A stretch of 64,000 bases of DNA, from contig OZ024753.1 in the NCBI GenBank assembly GCA_964016885.1, positions 19,220,001-19,284,000 of the forward strand, written 5' to 3'. Below, piece by piece: positions 52,083 to 64,000 of this stretch (positions are counted from its first letter, which is position 1; each line of letters opens with the position of its first letter). The translations under genes were made by a program, and so were the position numbers. The notes under the pieces were generated by a model. The model saw nothing but the letters and a program-made list of their open reading frames with translations, made no database searches and was not told the origin of the DNA. This DNA is from Eledone cirrhosa (Eukaryota).

Positions 52083-52617
52083 GTGTATCTGTTGGTTGTT
52101 TACCGACACTGCTGTTAGCAGGCTACAGCACTCAATGAAGTGTGCGGGTTGGTCTGTTTACTCCGGAGTAATGTAAATGTGTTCAGTTGCTTAGAGCACT
52201 AACCCCACACACTGGATCTAAACATATCAATGGATTAACAAGGATTAACAATATTATGTTTTCCTGTTTTCTCTGTTCAAGTTCAAACTGCCTGATGTGG
52301 TCATAGCTGTTGAATAATGGTTATCACCGAAATATATATAGCAGCGAATAACAATAATCGAAGCTAATTTTACCCTGTTGAATTACACTTCTTGTTTATA
52401 GATATATAAGAAGATGGGAAAAAACTTACTCCAACAGTTAATTTTAAATCTTTAATTTTTATTTTCTAATGGTTATTAATTCTTTATAATTGTAATACTC
52501 AACATTTGATGAGATGAATTTTACTAATACATCGAAACCGGTAATACTTTATATACTTTATAAAACTCTTTTTTAAAAGAAGTGTCCCTCTTATTTTTTC
52601 AATAATGTCATATTTTT

Positions 52618-52802
52618 AATAATTGTTTCTACTTTAGGCACAAGGCCAGCAATTACTCAGTGCATTACTGGTTCTTTATTTTATCGACCCCGTAAGGAGG
52701 AAAGGCAAAGTCAACCTCGGCGGGATTTGAACTCAGATCGTAAATGGACGTAACTATGCTGGAAAGCATGGCGTCCGACTCTCTACCGATACTGCCAATC
52801 CA
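52618..52802 (-). mobile_element. OK-like SINE
   Basis: Full-length match to the family. Confidence 0.88.
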
Positions 52803-52940
52803 TTTTAATAATGTCACTTTGACGAATCAAAAAAGGAAAAAAAAAGAAAAACTGACACTTAAATACATTTTCCGTGCTATTTCCAAATTCACCGTTTCTC
52901 TATATCCACTGTTTTGTATAGAACCTTACTTCCCTTTTCC

Positions 52941-53161
<221 letters not shown>

Positions 53162-53328
53162 CGACGGAATTGTGGTAAGGAACCAGATGGACAATAACGC
53201 ACCAGAGTACTCAATACTTAGGGTAGTAGATGGATAATAGGACAAGGTATTTCGGGTCCAGAAATAGCCGTCGAAACGGCTTGAGTTCTGCCGTCGGGGC
53301 ATTGTGAGTTCTGCCGTCGGGGCATTTT

Positions 53329-53379
<51 letters not shown>

Positions 53380-53989
53380 TGGAGTGCTGAAAATTCCATG
53401 GCTTAGAGGTATCGCGAAATGGTAGAGATGTTACAGTTAGAGGGGCGGTACGAAAGCTGCAATAAAAGTGTGAATCTGAGAGAGCAATATGTCGAATATA
53501 CATAAACTGTTGCAATAGTGATATATACAGTACTTACGTTTCGTTGGATTTTACATCCCAACTCATTTAGCCTATATAGGTACATATATATGTGTGTGTA
53601 TGTGTTTGCGTATGTTTATGTGTGTGTTTATGTGTGTGTGTGTATGTTTTTGTGTGTGTGTTTGTGTGTTTGTGTGCGTGCGTGCGCGTGTGTTTGTGTG
53701 TGCGTGTAGCACATTCTCCGTATTTCAAAAGGTCTTTCTCTTCTCCAAACTTCCAGTCATCTACCATGATAAGTTTGCCAGTAGAACTAGTTACAGTAGT
53801 GAACTAGAACTAATGTGCTGGAGCCAATATTGAGAGATAGATGTTAGCCAGTAAAACCAACAGTTCTTAACGATGCTACTAGCAGACATCAAAGATTTCT
53901 CTCTATTCGAACCTCCCAGTTTTGAAATAATGTTTCTTCATATCCTGTATCACGCTACGACCGTTATTGAAATGACGTTTACATAAATG

Positions 53990-54120
53990 ACAGTGTTTCC
54001 AGGCTAGAAATTACGTTTCTTCAAATCGTTTCACTCTACTTTCAGCTAGACAATGTATCTTGTTCAGTCGATTATGAAATATATGTTCTCCACATTCTGG
54101 AGTACGGTACAGCCTGAATT
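53990..54120 (+). pseudogene. Degraded CR1-like RT/thumb fragment
   Basis: Contains YVLHILEYGT, resembling the YVRPILEY..VW motif. Confidence 0.3.
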
Positions 54121-54417
54121 GAATAACGTTAATCTATTTTGTAAGCACCATTACAAATATTGGCTGTAAATATATACACCGTAATTGCCACCCTAGGTTA
54201 TCATAGTACATCGTTATCATAGTGCATAGCACAACCGAACACAACTCCACACAAAGTACAATCCCAGATACCAGGAAATATCACAGAGCTAACGCTTACA
54301 CATAAATGAACATTACTCCTCTCAACCTTCATCTGGTAACCTGACTAGCACCCTTAAATACACACAGAACTAGCATTAAACCACTTGAGCCGACAGTATC
54401 ACACCCAAACATATAAC

Positions 54418-54998
54418 ATTATTGACAGTATCGGTAGAGGGTCGGACGCCATGCTTTGCAGCATAGAGTTACGGCCCTTTATGATCTGAGTTCAAATCCC
54501 GCCGAGGTTAACTTTGCCTTTCATCCTTACGGGGTCGATAAAATAAAGTACCAGTAACGCACTGGGGTCGATTTAATCGACTTTCCCCTCCGCCAAAATT
54601 GCTGGCCTTGTGCCTATATAAGAAACAATTATTGACAGTATCGGTAGAGGGTCGGACGCCATGCTTTGAAACATAGAGTTACCTCCCTGTATGATCTGAG
54701 TTCAAATCCCGCCGAGGTTAACTTTGCCTTTCATCCTTACGGAGGTCGATAAAATAAAGTACCAGTAATGCACTGGTAATTGCTGGCCTTGTGCCTAAAG
54801 TAGAAACAATTATTGACAGTATCGGTAGAGGGGCGGACGCCATGCCTTGACGCATAGAGTTACGGCCCTTGCCATTCTGAGTTCAAATCCCGCCGAGGTT
54901 AACTTTGCCTTTCAGCCTTACGAGGTCGATAAAATAAAATACCAGTAATGCACTGGGTAATTGCTGGCCTTGTGCCAAAAACTAGAAACAATTATTAT
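54418..54998 (+). mobile_element. Three head-to-tail OK-like SINEs
   Basis: Units start at ~54418, 54628 and 54809 with attattgacagtatcggtagaggg; B box gagttcaaatcc. Confidence 0.9.
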
Positions 54999-55699
54999 AG
55001 GAAATTACGAGCACATGAAACCAGTAGATAAGCAGCTGATCTTGCACATACCCGAGTCGCACACCCGACCATTCAGCCACATAAACCTACCACAACGTTT
55101 TTTCTACGACAGTGGCTTTAAAGCGACTACACCTACTCTAGCATTCCACTACATATATATCAATACCTATTTGCACGTGGACAACCCTCACGACAGCCCC
55201 TTCCAACATACATACGTACGTAAGAAATAACATAGGCCGTTACAGTGTATAATATATACTAGTAATTAGCCACTGCACCTATTCCACTATAAATCTATCA
55301 ATTATAATCACTACCATAAACTGAGTAGTACCACGAAAAGTGGATAACTTATATCAAATATATACTCCATAGCTACATAACTAGCAGAGTAGTTCTATTG
55401 TATTCCACTAGATGTTAATTCATTAGTACCGGCTAATTAACTGAACCTCGATACTCATTATCTCATTATACTAAATATTTTTATTTATTCTTTTATATAT
55501 TTTAATTGGCGTTTTATTATTGATTCCATCAGTGCAATTGTTATAAACTTTTCTTTTCAAATATTTCTCTGCAAAGTTTAGTTTTCCTCTAAAACTGCGA
55601 ATTCTGAAAAAAGTCTTGCATAAGTTTATTTAAATGTTATCCAAATTCCTCAATTTAATCAACTTTATAAACTATATATATATATATACTGGATCTTCA

Positions 55700-58600
55700 A
55701 GTGTGTGCGTGTGTGCTGTTATTTGTGTGTGTGTGTGCTGTTATTTGTGTGTGTGCTGTTATTTGTGTGTGTGCTGTTATTTGTGTGTGCGTGTGCTGTT
55801 ATTTGGGTGCGTATGTGCTGTTATTTGTGTGGGTGTGTTGTTATTTGTGTGTGTGTGTGGGCTGTTAGTTGCGTATGTGTGTGCCGTTATTTGTATGTGT
55901 GTGTGCTGTTTATGTGTGTGTGTGTGCTGTTATTTGCGTGTGTGTGTGCTGTTATTTGTGTTTATGTGTGCTGTTATTTGTGTGAGTGTGTGTGCTGTAT
56001 ATTTGTGTGTGTGTGTGCTGATATTTGTGTGTGTGTTGTTATTTGTGTGTGTATGTGCTGTTTATTTGTGTGTGTGTGCTGTTTATTTGTATGTGTGTGT
56101 GCTGTTACGTGTGTGTGTGTGCTGTTATTTGTGTGTTGTGTGGGCTGTTATTTGTGTGTGTGGGTGTTATTATTTGTGTGTGTGTGCTGTTATTTGTGTG
56201 TTTATGTGTGCTGTTATTTGCGTGTGCGTGTGCTGTTATTTGTGTCCCTGTGTGCGGGATGTTATTTATGTGAGTGCTGTTATGTGTGTGTGCTGTTATT
56301 TGTGTGCGTTTGTGCTGTTATGTGTGTGTGTGTGTTGTTATTTGTGTGTGTGCTGTTATTTGTGTGTGTGTGTGCTGTTATTTGGGTGCGTATGTGCTGT
56401 TATTTGTGTGGGTGTGTTGTTATTTGTGTGTGTGTGTGTGTGGGCTGTTATTTGCGTATGTGTGTGCCGTTATTTGTATGTGTGTGTGCTGTTTATTTGT
56501 GTGTGTGTGTGTGCTGTTATTTGCGTGTGTGTGTGCTGTTATTTGTGTTTATGTGTGCTGTTATTTGTGTGTGTGTTGTTATTTGTGTGTGTATGTGCTG
56601 TTTATTTGTGTGTGCGTGCTGTTTATTTGTGTGTGTGTGTGCTGTTACGTGTGTGTGAGTGCTGTTATTTGTGTGTGTTGTGTGGGCTATTATTTGTGTG
56701 TGTGGGTGTTGTTATTTGTGTGTGTGTGTGTGCTGTTATTTGTGTGTGTGTTGGCTGTTAGTTGTGTGTTTATGTGTGCTGTTATTTGCGTGTGCGTGTG
56801 CTGTTATTTGTGTCCGTGTGTGTCAGCTGTTATTTGTGTGTGTGCTGTTATGTGTGTGCGCGTGTGTGTGTGATGTTATTTGTGTGTGTGTGTGCTGTTA
56901 TTTGTGTGCGTTTGTGCTGTTATGTGTGTGTGTGTGTTGTTATTTGTGTGTGTGGGCTGTTATTTGCGTGATTGTGTGCTGTTATGTGTGTTTATGTGTG
57001 CTGTTATTTGTGTGTGTGCTGTTATATGTGTGTGTGTGTGCTGTTATTTGTGTGTGTGTGCTGTTATTTGTGTGTTGTGCTGTTATTTGTGTGCGTATGT
57101 GCTGTTATTTGCGCGTGTGTGTGCTGTTATTTGTGTGTATGTGTGCTGTTATTTGTGTGTGTGTGTGCTGTTATTTGTGTGTGTGTGCTGTTTATTTGTG
57201 TGTGTGAGCTGATAGCTGTGTGTGTGTTGTTATTTGTGTATGTATGTGCTGGTTATTTGTGTGTGAGGGCTGTTATTTGGGTGTGTGTGTGGGCTGTTAT
57301 TTGCGTGTGTGTGCTGTGAGTTGTGTGTATGTGTGTGCATTTAATTGCGTGTATGTGTGCTGTTATATGTGTGTGTGTGCTGTTATTTGTGTGTGTGTTG
57401 TTATGTGTGTGCGTATGTGCTGTTATGTGTGTGTGTGTGTTGTTTTTGTGTGTGTGGGCTGTTATTTGCGTGTGTGTATGTGCTGTTATTTGTGTGTATG
57501 TGTGCTGTTTATTTGTGTGTGTATGTGCTGTTATTTGCGTGTGTGTGTGCTGTTATTTGTGTGTATGTGTGCTGTTATGTGTGTGTGTGTGTTGTTATTT
57601 GTGTGTGTGTGCTGTTTATTTGTGTGTGTGTACTGATAGTTGTGTGTGTGTTGTTATTTGTGTGTGTATGTGCTGTTTATTTGTGTGTGTGGGCTGTCAT
57701 TTGGGTGTGTGTGTGGGTGTATTAGTTGTGTATGTGCGTGCTGTTATTTGTGTGTCTGTGTGCTGTTATTTATGTGTATGTGTGTGTGTTGTTATTTGTG
57801 TGTGTGTGTTGTTATTTGTGTCTATTTGTGATGTTGTGTGTGTGTGTGATGTTGTGTGTGTGTGTGTGCGGTTATTTGTGTGTGTGTGTGCTGTTATCTG
57901 TGTGTGTGCTGTTATTTGTGTGAATGTGTGTGTGCTTTTATTTGTGTGTGTGCTGTTATTTGTGTGGGCGTGTGCTGTTTATTTTGAGTGTGGGTGTGCT
58001 TTTATTTGTGTGTGTGTAAGAGTGTGAATGTGTGTATGTATTTGCAGTTTATTTGTGTATGTGCTATTTAAACAAACACACATACACACACACACACACC
58101 ACAAACACAAACACACAGACAGATACACTCACACACACACACACACCAAATACACACAGACGCACACACACACAAACACACAGAGACAGACACACAAACA
58201 CACACACACCACACACACCACACACATACCACACACAGACAGACACAGACACACACACATAAACACAAACATGTGTATGTGTATGTGTGTGTGTTGTTAT
58301 TTGTGTCTATTTGTGATGTTGTGTGTGTGCGGTTATTTGTGTGTGTGTGTGCTGTTATCTGTGTGTGTGCTGTTATTTGTGTGAATGTGTGTTGTGTGCT
58401 GTTATTTGTGTGTGTGCTGTTATTTGTGTGGGCGTGTGCTGTTTATTTTGTGTGTGTGTGCTGTTTATTTGTGCGTGTGTGTGCTGTTTATTTGTGTGCG
58501 TGTGTGGGTATGCTGTTTATTTGTGTGTGTGTGTGCTGTTTATCTGTGTGTGTGTATGAGTGTGAATGTGTGTATGTATTTGCAGTTTATTTGTGTGTCT

Positions 58601-58830
58601 GTGCTATTTAAACAAACACACATACACACACACACATACACACCACAAACACAAACACACAGACAGACACACTCACACACACACACACACCAAATACACA
58701 CATACGCACACACACACAAACACACAGAGACATACACACAAACACACACACACCACACACACCACACACATACCACACACAGACACAGACACACACACAT
58801 AAACACAAACACACACACACACACACACAC
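55700..58830 (+). repeat. Complex GT-rich satellite (gctgttattt(gt)n) with a duplicated ~500-bp block that includes a CA-rich tract
   Basis: Tandem units visible; ~57770-58270 resembles 58272-58810; source of the C/V-rich pseudo-ORFs. Confidence 0.9.
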
Positions 58831-58929
58831 TAATATTCTTTCTCGATAATTATATTCCTATCCACGATTATTCTACCTCAACATTACAAGACACACACAC
58901 ACCACATATATATAGACGCACACATATAG

Positions 58930-59252
58930 ACAATCACATACATATACACACCCAAATACCCTAATATCAACACACACCACACACATACATATAAACACTC
59001 ACTAAGGCAGATATCAACACACACAACCACATACACATACACACATACATATAAACACCCACTAAGCCAGATATCAACACACACAACGACACACACACAC
59101 ACACACATATATATACACACCCACTAACACAAGTATCAACACACAACCACACACACATACATAAACACACCCACTAACCCAGATATCAACACACACACAT
59201 ACACACACATATACACATCCACTAACACATTTATCAACACACACAACCACAT
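58930..59252 (+). repeat. ~50-bp CA-rich minisatellite (cacccactaacccagatatcaacacacac...)
   Basis: About six diverged units. Confidence 0.75.
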
Positions 59253-59458
59253 ATTGACACTCCCTCAATAAAAAAAGTTACTTTCGTGAAAAAATGTATT
59301 TACAATTGTATAAACAATTTGGACAAATGACACATCCTGATGAGACAGCTAGTTAACCACCAATGCCTTTGGTAATTAGACTGGATCTACCTGTTGAAAG
59401 GGCAAGAGCTCAGCTGTCGGGGTCCCCACTCTTTCATATATATATATATATATATATA

Positions 59459-59519
<61 letters not shown>

Positions 59520-60160
59520 GAGAGTGTAAACACAGAAAATATCTTAAAAAATAATAAATAATTAAATTCCAAAAAATTCACAGTACTTATTATATGTGCC
59601 CTTACCGCGATTTCAGATCCCAAACAAATAGATAATCCAAGCGGATTTCCATTGTGAAAGAGATCTGAATGGCGCCAGTTTGTAATTTGAACTCGGGAAT
59701 TTTATATTCTCCGAGAGAGAAAAGCCTTCTGACGATGATCGGGGTGAGAGGAAACGGTACAAATGAAATTAAATATGAAAGCATAATAACAATAAAAATA
59801 AACATGAAGTAAAACAGGTGGTGGAAGGTTGTGGGGCGTGTAGGGGTGGTTGCGGGTGGAGTGGGAGTGAGGTGGGGTGTCCGAGCGGGGAGGGCTGAAG
59901 GTGGTGTGTGTATGTAGGTGTATGTGTTTGTGTATGTGAAAGTAAGAGTTGGGGGAAGAACGGTGTTGCATGTTCAGGAAGAAGTGTGTGGGGGTGGGTG
60001 TAGGTCCGTGTCTGCGTGCGTGGGGTGAGGTGGCGTGCGGGAAAAAATGTTTTGGAGTGTATGCCAGTGGGTGAGTCCTTAAGGTAGTTCCGTAGAGCAT
60101 GTGGTGGAATGCTGGGTAATATCCTATATATATATATTAATACATATATATTAATATAAA

Positions 60161-60191
<31 letters not shown>

Positions 60192-60284
60192 ATACATATA
60201 ATATATATATATATATATATACATATATATACAAATATATATATATATGTGTATATATATATATATATATATACACATATTTTT

Positions 60285-60520
60285 TTCAATTTATTATAAT
60301 TTTCGGTTGGTTGGTTCAAACAAGATGCTGTAGCACAGAACGAAGAAATCATTATCTGACGAAGTCACAAAATGTGTGACAAAAGAACTTTGGTAATATA
60401 TAAACAACCTTCCGGTTATTGAACCAAACCAACCAGAATTTTTTAATAAATTGAAGTGAAAACCAACAGGTGCGTGTATTCTTATTGGCAGCATGACCTT
60501 CCCAAAGTATAACAATACGT
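60285..60520 (+). mobile_element. Solo pLTR of the 932-3355 PLE family with short 5' inverted arm; HHR at 60351-60397 has GAAA mutated to AAAA
   Basis: ctgacgaagtcacaaaatgtgtgacaaaagaac...ttattggcagcatgaccttcccaaagtataacaata. Confidence 0.8.
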
Positions 60521-60597
60521 GTATATATATATATACATATAAGGGATAACACAATATCGTTATAGGTAATCCAGTTATATATATATATATATATATA

Positions 60598-63500
60598 GGA
60601 GATAGTATGAGCCCGACGGCAGAGCTCAAGCTGTTTCGACGGCTATTTCTGGACTAAAGTAAGAGTTTTTTTAGTCTGTTAAATAAATAGCCGAACTTTT
60701 CACGGGTACTTCCTTATATGGAAGACTGTAATTGTCAAGGGGATTGGTCAAAATTTGTAGCGGACACAGAAAATCTATCATGACAGTGGGTGCGGGGTGG
60801 GGGTGGCTTAACTTGCCTGTAGAACGATAGGGGAGTGGATAGAGCCGGTCAAACGTAGAAGGTAAATCCACACGGCAAATTCTAAGGAATGTGTATGAAA
60901 GTAGGCCAGAGGAGGTTGGTGAAAAAAGGTTTATTTAAAAAGTGGAGGAGGGACATTATAGAAATAGTAAATCAAATGCGAGTAGGGGACAAAGAAAAAA
61001 TATAATAAAACGAATATAATAAAAGATGAGAGAAAGATGTAACAGAATGTAAGATTGGAAAGTGAGAAGTGAAATAAGGAGTCTAACACAGCTGCTATAT
61101 TTAGTTCTGCTATTTCAGCCAAAGCCACATAATGAGTTGCTAGATGAGAATAATTGAAACTTTTAGAATTAAAAATTAATATCACATATCTGGGGTCTAA
61201 CACAGCTGCTATGAATAGTTAGTATAGCGTAATTGGCGAATGCTATCTGTAAGTTACTGGGGTGAGGTATTGAGGTTAAAGTGGCCCATGGGCTGCCTCG
61301 GGTAGGCGAAAGGGGTAAAAAAACAAATAAACGAACGAGGAAGAAGTTCGGTGGTAGAAAGAAGTGATAGGGGGAGATAAAGGGAAAAAGAAAACATAAA
61401 GGAAAAGAAAAGAGGTACACCTACCTATATCAGTAGGGGTTTTCCCTATCTTCATCGTCAAGTGGGTTGTTTCAGCCCTAGTCTACCTTCCCAGACCGTT
61501 AGGGTGTTTGAGGGCGAGATAAGTCTTCCGCAATCTGTGTTTGCATGCAGTTACCAGTTCATCTTTTTTGTTTAAGAGTTGATCCATCGTAAACAGCATT
61601 TGTAATGTTTCCTCCGAGCATAAGTTGCACGGACGGCGTCCTCCCGTGTAAGAGTTAGCTCTGGACAGTAAGCTCCAAGTAGGATAGTAGATTATATTAT
61701 TATCTTTGAGGTCCCAGATATGGCCCGAAAGTGTGGTGGCATGTCGCCGGACCGGTTTCCGGAACGTATGTTGGTGTTGGTAGAGCCGGGTCTTAAAGTC
61801 ACAAGCGGTTAATCCTATGTAAGCTTTGTTGGAGGTGTCCGTCCTCACGTTGCACTGGTAGATCACGTTAGGTGTGGGGCTGTAGGATAGCTTAATAGTG
61901 TTTTTGTTGATTATGGTGTGGTAGCGGTGCTGTGGTGGAAAGTGTTTTTCGAGGAGCCTAAAGAAGATTTTCCCGATAGGTGTTGCTACCTCGGCATTGT
62001 TGGAGGGGGGGGGGTTGAACCACGTTACGTGGTGTAAGCGATGGCGTCGACTGCTGGTTCCGCTAAGGAAAGCTGGATAAAAGGATATTTCCTCCCGGAA
62101 GCCACTCCGCTTGAGGGCCTGGTTGTAATGAGGCGCATATTCGTCGAATATCTGCTCATTAGCGGACAAACGAGATATGCGGAGGGAGATGTTTTTAAGC
62201 AGATTATTGGTGATGTTTCTGGGATACTTAGAGCGGCGGTCGATGTAGTGCATGTTGTCGTTTGGTTCCCTGTAAGGGTAGTACAGGTCATTTTAGTGGT
62301 TGAGTGTAACTTCCAGGAAATGTACTCGGGTTAGTGACGTTTATAGGGTGATTCTAAATCCCCAGTCCCGAAAGAGTTGATAAGTTGTTTACGGACCCGG
62401 TCTGTACTACTGGGATTGTACCCTTTCAGGGCAAGGAGCACATCGGTACAATCCACCGCCGAATGCGGGAAACATTTCGGTGGGTTTAAATAGTAGGAAT
62501 AATCCTATAAGTTCGGTGAACTCGGCCGAATCGCTCCCGCTCCCGATGATGGCGTTGAAGGGGGGAGTCCGGAGCTCTCTTTATCCACTTGGAGTTGTCG
62601 AAAAGTAGGACTGTCTTCCTGGCGTGGAGAATGATATTTCTTTCCTGGTCGGTAATAGGCGCAAGTGTTTCGGCAAAGTCCAAGGCGGCCCTAAGGAGCG
62701 GTAAGGTAATAGTTGCATAGTAACTTTGTATGTCAAACTGGATGAATTTTGAGTCCTGTTTCTTCTCAATATTCCTGAACCATGAGATTACTTCCTGGGT
62801 GCTAACCCATAGGCTAAGTCTCGCGTTTTGCTTAACTTTTGGTATAATGCGGCCTAGGATGTTTTTATTGACTCTCCCTATGTCCCACTTCGTCGGGTTT
62901 ATAAGCCTGATGGATGGTTTGCGGTCGAAATCGATTTGTGGTCCTTCAGTGTGAAGTAGGGAGTCCGTGGGTCGAGGGGTTCAGTTCGGTCTGCGATCCC
63001 GAGGCTAGAGGTAATTTGTTGTCACTCTAGATTTATGTCCTCGATAATTGAGTGGTTAGCATTTTTATAGGTGGAGTTTAGGCGGCTCCTGATCATTGTG
63101 TGGTATCTGTCCGGGTTGACGAAATAGAGGTTTCCACTTTGGTCCGAGTGCACCAGGATGTCGTTGGTTCTTTCATACTCCGTTAATTTGCTACGGAGTT
63201 GTTGTAGGAATCGAATGTGTCTGGGTTTGAATTTAATACCCTTGACCATTTGGAAAATATCGTTCTCGAAGGGTGAGAGCATAGGGTTCGGTGGGGGAGA
63301 TTTGTAGGTAATGAATCCGAATCTCTCCTTGGTGTCGAAGTCCTGGTTGTCACGGAATCTATCATAGAAAAAAGTTCTCCATCTTAGTCTTTTCGCAAAT
63401 ACGTCGATTTTTTGCGTGAAATCCGAAGGTAAAGTTTTCTCGGTGGAATCGTGATGTTCTTGGTGGAGATCGATATTGTATTTTCGAATGGTGCGGGTAA

Positions 63501-63856
63501 AGGAACTTGAGCTGGATGGAAAAGTCAGGATATGGCGTGGTGGGGTCGGAAAGTGCTCTACAACTGGGGTAGGAGCTGGATAACGAAGGAATTGTGATAA
63601 GGAACCAGATGGACCATAACTCAGCAGAGTTCTCAATACTTATGGTAGTAGAGTGGGTAATAGGAGAAAGTATGACCCCGACAGAAAGATCTCAAGCCGT
63701 TTCGACGGCTATTTCTGTCCAGAAATAGCCGTCGAAACGGCTTGAGCTCTGCCCTCGGGGTCATACTTTCTCCTATTACTCACTCTACTACCCTAAGTAT
63801 TGAGTACTCTGATGCGTTATGGTCCTTCTGGTTCCTTACCACAACTCCTTCGTTAT
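60598..63856 (-). mobile_element. Penelope-like retroelement, second clade, near full-length, with terminal direct repeat and 5' fold-back pLTR
   Basis: N-terminal KRLRWRTFF..FGF, RT TLKDHK / IRLINP / FDIQSYY, GIY-YIG VIYQC..YIGLT..FKTR..H, C-terminal CNLC. 60598-60655 matches 63660-63720; inverted arms 63580-63717 / 63720-63856; (TA)n on both sides. Confidence 0.9.
61483..63636 (-). pseudogene. PLE RT-GIY-YIG ORF with a stop, frameshifts and an apparent linker deletion
   Basis: ORF pieces 63022-63636, 62486-62683 and 61483-62253; IKLSYSPTPN is joined directly to VIYQC. Confidence 0.85.
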
Positions 63857-63906
63857 ATATATTATATATATATATATATGTGTGTTTATATATGTATATA
63901 TATGTA

Positions 63907-64000
<94 letters not shown>

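Noticed and set aside
55634-58849. Long Cys/Val-rich ORFs
   Set aside because: Open in all frames because of the GT-rich satellite; not metallothionein- or keratin-like genes.
63022-63024. In-frame TGA in the second PLE as recoding
   Set aside because: Not at an evident Cys position, and nearby frameshifts indicate decay.

Overview
AT-rich eukaryotic non-coding DNA, most likely an octopod cephalopod (inferred from abundant tRNA-derived SINEs resembling the Octopus OK/OR families). I found no convincing host gene; most short ORFs in the track are translated microsatellites. The window is a patchwork of (TA)n/(CA)n/(ACAT)n/(AAT)n microsatellites and retroelements: two near-complete but disrupted Penelope-like elements (PLEs, RT + GIY-YIG; ~932-3355 + and ~60598-63856 -) plus a PLE 3' remnant, four R4/Dong-type RLE LINE copies inserted in (ACAT)n or (AAT)n, several RTE-clade LINEs (some ending in C2H2 zinc-finger arrays), a Helitron fragment, SINEs and minisatellites. 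The main signal not shown by the ORF track is about 30 type I hammerhead ribozyme (HHR) motifs found by eye, about 20 with intact cores, from many unrelated non-coding repeat families. Many sit in (TA)n tracts, have palindromic stem III, and occur as partial head-to-tail tandems or with a 5' inverted arm, like non-autonomous PLE-driven retrozyme elements. Three families carry a compensatory U3-A8 core (UUGANAA). All coordinates and folds were read manually and are approximate; no ribozyme activity has been tested.
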